A stretch of 62,526 bases of DNA, filler included. It is 22 parts of 22 records of this genome, joined end to end, with 100 filler letters (N's around TTAATTAATTAA, not from the genome) between each part and the next. Parts side by side here need not be neighbours in the genome. Positions count along the whole stretch, not along the records: positions 56,964 to 60,062 come from SRR16133337_15673; positions 60,163 to 62,526 come from SRR16133337_15721; 20 more parts are not named here. One strand, written 5' to 3'. Under the pieces are notes generated by a model. That model was not told where the DNA came from, did not search any database, and saw only the letters and a program-made list of their open reading frames with translations. The translations under genes and the position numbers were made by a program. The stretch's first letter is position 1, and each line of letters opens with the position of its first letter. This document shows positions 56,964-62,526 of this stretch, piece by piece.

Positions 56964-58058
56964 AAATATACTAAAAAGTCAAATTTAGTGTATGTTCTTG
57001 TCTTATTTTCAGTGATTGCAACCGTTATTTCTTTGCCCTATATTCACATAACTGTAGACAGTCAAAGTCGTGGTTTACTGCGTTCAAAAATTGAAAATGT
57101 ATCGCTTACCTCTCTCGTACAAGGAAAAGTAAACTTTGTACATTTACAAAATAACCAGCGGGTGGAAAAAGGAGAAAAATTGTTAGAAATAGAGCCTGCA
57201 ATTGTAAGCATACAAGAAAGTACTAAAAACGCTCTCCTTTCAGACTTAAAATTGCAACATCAAGATTTAAAACAATTGTGTAAAGAAAATTTCTCACAAG
57301 AAACTTTAAAAACATCCGTATATCAAAAAGAAATCCTCCATTATCTTCAAAACCTTAAAGAATTAAAGGTAAAAAATATGCAGGTAAAACGAATTTATGA
57401 ACGTGCAAAAAAAGGCTATGAATCTGGAGTGATCTCGAAAGCAGTATTCGAAAAAGAAAATTACGAACTGGAAGCTTCCAAAACAGCAATTGCAACCTTT
57501 AAAAAGCAATATAAAAGTGCTTGGCAATCCAAAAAAAACCAATTAGAAGAACAGATTAAAAGCATGTCAGGAGAAATTTTACAGCTTACAGAAAAGAAGA
57601 AAAATTATCATTTAAGAGCCCCAATCTCTGGAACAATTGTGAACTATTCAGGAATTAAAGAGGGAACTTATTTTAACGGAAACCAAACCATCGCCGAAAT
57701 TTCTCCTGATGAGGCACTTATTGTAGAATGTACTGTAAAGCCTACAGATATTGGCTTTATTAAAGTGGGTCAACAGGTAAAATTACAAATGGATGCTTTT
57801 AATTACAACCAATGGGGATTGGCAAAAGCAACCGTTTATGAGATCGATAGAAATTTGACTGTCAACGAGCAACAAGCTTATTTTAGAGTTCGATGCAAGT
57901 TAGCCTCTAAAGAACTGCAATTAAAAAACGGCTATAAAGCCACCTTAAAAAAAGGAATGTCCTTTACAGCAAGATTTACATTAACAGAAAGAAGCTTGTG
58001 GGATTTGTTATTTGACAAGGTAGATGATTGGTTCAATCCAAAAATTCAATCTAATTGA
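56964..58058 (+). CDS. HlyD-family membrane fusion protein (type I secretion), 5'-truncated
   Basis: N-terminal TM, VEKGEKLLEI, coiled coil, LRAPISGTI, DIGFIKVGQQVKLQMDAFNYNQWG, LKKGMSFTAR; frame open from the contig start. Confidence 0.93.
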   Translation, partial: KYTKKSNLVYVLVLFSVIATVISLPYIHITVDSQSRGLLRSKIENVSLTSLVQGKVNFVHLQNNQRVEKGEKLLEIEPAIVSIQESTKNALLSDLKLQHQDLKQLCKENFSQETLKTSVYQKEILHYLQNLKELKVKNMQVKRIYERAKKGYESGVISKAVFEKENYELEASKTAIATFKKQYKSAWQSKKNQLEEQIKSMSGEILQLTEKKKNYHLRAPISGTIVNYSGIKEGTYFNGNQTIAEISPDEALIVECTVKPTDIGFIKVGQQVKLQMDAFNYNQWGLAKATVYEIDRNLTVNEQQAYFRVRCKLASKELQLKNGYKATLKKGMSFTARFTLTERSLWDLLFDKVDDWFNPKIQSN

Positions 58059-58167
58059 ATAAATCTAGCCGATTTTAAAAATCTGTTAATTCGATTTACA
58101 AAAAATTTAACAACTAAAACATCTAAACAACTCCCCCTTCCTTAGGAGGAGTCAGAAAGGGGGGAAA

Positions 58168-60062
58168 ATGAAAATAAAAATAAAACAACACGACATTAGA
58201 GATTGCGGAGCCGCTTGTTTGGCCTCCGTTGCTGCACATTACAAGTTAGGAGTTCCTATTGCAAGAATCCGCCAGTATGCTTCCACAGACAAAAGAGGAA
58301 CCAATATTTTAGGATTGGTAGAAGCTTCCCAAAAAATGGGATTCGATGCCAAAGGAGTCCGTGGTGATAAAACCTCTTTAGATTTGATTCCGCTTCCCGC
58401 AATTGCACATATTCTTGTGGGTAAAGAAGAAAATCAATTACATCATTTTGTGGTGATTTACAAAGTTACCAAAGACAGTATTGTGGTTATGGATCCTGGC
58501 TTTGGTGAACTCAAAACCTATAGCAAAGAAGCCTTTCTAAAAATATGGACAGGTGTTTTTGTACTGTTAGAACCCTCAGAAGACTTTCAACCTGAAAACA
58601 CAAAAATAGGAATCGCCACGAGGTTTAAAAAATTATTATTACCCCACAAATCTGTTCTTATACAAGCATTGTTTGGTGCTATTATATACACCTTATTAGG
58701 ATTGTCAACATCCATTTATATCGAAAAAATTACAGATTATGTGTTGGTCGGAGGCAATACGAGGTTGTTAAACCTATTGAGTGTTTTGATGCTTGTAATT
58801 CTTGTATTGCAAACTTTTTTGGGCTCCTACAAAAGCGTATTGATTCTAAGAACTGGGCAATTAATGGATGCCCAATTGATTCTTGGATATTACAAACACC
58901 TGTTAAAATTACCACAACAATTTTTTGATACCATGCACATTGGAGAAATTACGTCAAGAATCAATGATGCCGTTAAAATTAGAGCTTTTATCAATGATAT
59001 TGCGATCAATGTTGTGGTAAATATTTTTATCGTAATTTTTTCATTTGCCTTGATGTTTACCTATTATTGGAAACTTGCTTTGATTGTTTTAGCAGTCATT
59101 CCCTTTTATCTTATCATTTATTTTATGGTCAATCTATGGAACAAAAAGAGAGAGCGTAAATTGATGGAAAATGCTGCGGAGTTGGAAAGTCAATTAGTAG
59201 AATCTTTAAATTCTATCAAGACCATTAAGCAGTTTGGTATCGAGGACTTTGCAAATACAAAAACAGAAAACCGTTTTGTCCAATTATTATATTCTGTATA
59301 CGCTTCCACATTAAATGGAATTTTTAGTGGAAATTCAACCAGTTTTTTAGCTCTATTATTCACTATAATATTGATATGGGTAGGAGCTTATTTTGTGATT
59401 GATAACGAAATCACCGCTGGTGAACTCATGTCCTTTTATGCCTTAATTGGTTATTTTACAGGACCTGTTTCTCAATTGATAGAAACCAACAAATCGATGC
59501 AGAATGCTTTGATTGCTGCGGATCGGCTTTTTGAAATCATGGATTTAGAAAGAGAAGAAACCAATGAAAAGATAACGCTAACTCCAGAAATGCTAGGGAA
59601 TATAGAATTTAAAGAAGTGTCTTTTTCTTACGGAACACGTGTAGACGTATTTGAAGATTTTACGATAAAATTTCAAAAAGGAAAAGTATCCGCCATTGTT
59701 GGGGAAAGTGGTTCTGGTAAAAGCACTTTGGCCTCTTTACTTCAAAATTTATATCCCCTCAAATCTGGAAAAATTATGATCGGAGATTATGATCTTCACT
59801 ATTTGAGTAATTCTAGCGTTCGAAAATTGGTCTCCGCAGTTCCTCAACAAATCAATCTTTTTTCAGGAAATATCATTGAAAATATTGCCGTTGGTGAATT
59901 TGAATACGATTTAAAACGAATTGTAGAATTGTCAAAAGAATTAGGAATTCTAGATTTTATAGAAAAACTGCCCAACGGGTTTGAAACTCAAATTGGAGAA
60001 AATGGTGCCCTACTTTCTGGAGGACAAAAACAACGAATCGCCATTGCAAGGGCTTTATATAA
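58168..60062 (+). CDS. Peptidase C39-containing ABC transporter (PCAT), 3'-truncated
   Basis: QHDIRDCGAACL (catalytic Cys), HFVV, VMDP; TMD; Walker A GESGSGKST; signature LSGGQKQRIAIARA. Confidence 0.96.
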
Positions 60063-60162
60063 NNNNNNNNNNNNNNNNNNNNNNNNNNNNNNNNNNNNNN
60101 NNNNNNTTAATTAATTAANNNNNNNNNNNNNNNNNNNNNNNNNNNNNNNNNNNNNNNNNNNN

Positions 60163-60180
60163 CGTGTGCTCTTCCGATCT
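60163..60180 (+). other. Illumina TruSeq adapter remnant
   Basis: CGTGTGCTCTTCCGATCT exactly at the contig start. Confidence 0.95.
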
Positions 60181-62526
60181 GGCTGTAAAATACTTGTACC
60201 ATTCATATCTACTGAAAAAATAAAACTCTGTAAATTACATTTCATTCAACGAGAAATCTATTTTTTGCGACACATAACGATATTTTGAGATGAAGCTTCT
60301 ATCCACATTTGCACGACAATACATCACTACACTTTTGTTTTGTTTGTTTATTTATGTAATTTGTGGGCACATTTCGTCTCTATTGTTGTACTATCGAATA
60401 TAACCACGAATATGGCCATCTGTAACTCATTATTTTTCAGGTAATTAATATTATTTTCCGAAACAACAATTATTCTTTTAAAAAAATGCTGTTTTTCAAA
60501 GTCTGAAAGACTTAGTGTCACACAAAATTGAAAATTGAATTAAATTGAAACAAATATGACATTTTTACTGTTATTGTTATACACGTTACTGACAAATTTA
60601 ATTCTCAGTTTCACAATTTTGTGGAGCATGCTTTGTAAGGTTGATTATCGTTTATGGTAATTCAGAGGATTGGCATGTTTGGAACATGTTAGAGTTTTTA
60701 TATTTTTTATTTTTCATATTATCAAACTTTGAGATTGAATGTGTGACCAAGAAATTATTTTTGTGAAAAACTTTGAAAAACATAACCGATTTTTTTTGTT
60801 GCTCCGCCTGGACATATTTGCCACTAACACGAGGGACAGCAAAACGTAGTTAAGAATATGATACCATAAATAAAAAAATATCAGATGTCTGCAGTTGATG
60901 AGTGAAAAGTTGCTAGAAATCAGTCCTTTTATCGTGTTAATCGCCCACAATATTAACCAATATATTTTTGGATTTGTTGTAGAGTTGTCAGAGCATTTTT
61001 ATCCATATTTTATACCACCCTTCTTGGACGAGGCAATCATTTCCCTAAATAATCACAATATTTGTGAATAATTTTAATTAAGTGAAAAATCTCATATCTG
61101 CAGGAAATATAATGCCAATATTAATGGAACTGTCTTCCCTGCAAAAAGTATAAATAATTTGGTTTTTCACAATTTATCGAAAATATTTTCATTATACAAT
61201 TACAGTAAGTCAAGAATACAGGAAATAATCATCCGAATGAAAACCATGGAGTTTCCGAAAGTACGATGTTTTACACGTTTTTCTTGTCATCTATTTTTTT
61301 CGTGGTTGACAAAATCCGGCTCAAGCGTTTACGTTGTTCGCACATACTAACTTTTTGATTTCCTTGAAATTTTCTTTTTCGGAAATTTGGTCGCACTTTT
61401 GTTCCACGTGAAAGCGATACCATATTTTATAATTTTTGCGATCGATTGATTACGTGGGATTTGGTCAATGCGCACTCGTGGAAGAGCCATGGGGAAGGAT
61501 AATGATGAAAAAAATGATTTAGGTAAGGTTTGCTTCAAAAAACATAATTTGAACAAATACCGCGGGGGAGGAGTTCGGTTGTAAGAAATATCAAACTTTT
61601 GTGAGATGCAGAATAAGATTTTACATCTCCTTCAAAATTACTGTGATGTCCAATTTTTGTATGGAAAATATTTTCAGAAAAAAAATCACAAATTTAGGAC
61701 GTTACGCCCGAAATGTTACGTATCTCGCTACGACATACTGTGGTTTTAATCGGTATGGTATATATGTGTGTGATTAGTGGAGTTGGGTCGCGATTTGTTT
61801 TTGAAATGTGCTTTTTTTTTAGTAAAAAAACATAGGTGAAAGTGTGTAACCTGTGAAAACTTCCAACATTGTTTTGGTGTTGAAAAAAGCAAACAGATAT
61901 TTTGGAACAGCAGGTAAAACGTATAAAATGTAACAGCTCAATTTGAGCCTTGTGTGCCTGCAGAAAAGGGTGGAATCTTCGTGTATAAAACATATTTTCC
62001 AAAAAAAGGACTATCTTTAAAATGGATTATCTCGCTCACAAATCCTTCCACACCGTTTTCGAAGACATATATTTTTTTTGGTGCTCCTCTTATTAAATTA
62101 ATTGTGGATCATTGTATATTTGTCAAATTGCACTTTTTTACTGGAATTTATTATTTTATTTTTGAGAAACATCGGATCGGCAACTTTACATCCTTTCCAT
62201 CATTTTGAAAATAGCATGCGCATTATGAATTTTTCAAAATATTTGTTGCTTCCAATTTTCCCCTCAGATGGCACACCCTAAGCACATCGCTGTTCAGAAG
62301 AAAGTGTTTTACATTTAAGAGAAAATCGTACATCCAATGATACGCTTCTGAAACGAATCCAGGGGATTGATTTGTTGAAATATTCGTTCAAAACGAAAAT
62401 AATTTATTTTCTTTCTGGAGTTTTTTTTTTCTTTTGGAAAGATGGGGAGTGTGAGCCCAAGCTGCTGTTCAGACTTATTTTTTGGGGCATATATGTTTAG
62501 TACACTGTATATCAATGAATAAAACC

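Noticed and set aside
50764..60062. Defence, export and T9SS genes as one genomic island
   Set aside because: They lie on separate contigs whose order is arbitrary.

Overview
This window is not one locus. It is 22 short contigs (about 2-4.5 kb each) joined by 21 artificial 100-bp spacers (N44-TTAATTAATTAA-N44), so gene neighbourhoods are valid only within a contig. Five contigs are gene-dense Bacteroidota (Flavobacteriaceae-like) DNA: nirK-cytochrome c fusion/NirV-like FGE/probable SCO plus prfA (13067-17157); smpB-UbiA-Maf-transketolase C subunit (19496-21795); a T9SS type-B cargo plus PorP/SprF (21896-26372); a methyltransferase-TRD fragment plus PD-(D/E)XK gene next to DUF6048/DUF6452 (50763-54189); and HlyD plus a C39-peptidase ABC exporter (56964-60062). 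The other 17 look like an AT-rich, intron-containing eukaryote, probably a protist. By hand, GT-AG splicing with consistent phases reconstructs fragments of ATG9, Tudor-SN, a cytosolic sulfotransferase, cytosolic Hsp90, a Pro/Thr mucin-like protein, a YeiH-like transporter and a protein built from an unrecognised one-exon-per-module 6-Cys 'WGWST' repeat plus a PAN/apple domain. The ORF track misses most of these. Eukaryotic mobile DNA includes a divergent, truncated Helitron Rep ORF with a 3'-hairpin-like end, two intact PIF/Harbinger-type MITEs (TAA duplications) and TTAA-flanked Kolobok-like termini. An Illumina adapter remnant starts the last contig. Best candidates for something undescribed: the exon-modular Cys/Trp repeat protein, the MTase + PD-(D/E)XK pair with a cassette-like boundary, the divergent Helitron, and an octamer-periodic bacterial repeat family. 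I recognised no rRNA, tRNA or CRISPR array. All family calls come from motif recognition, not database searches.
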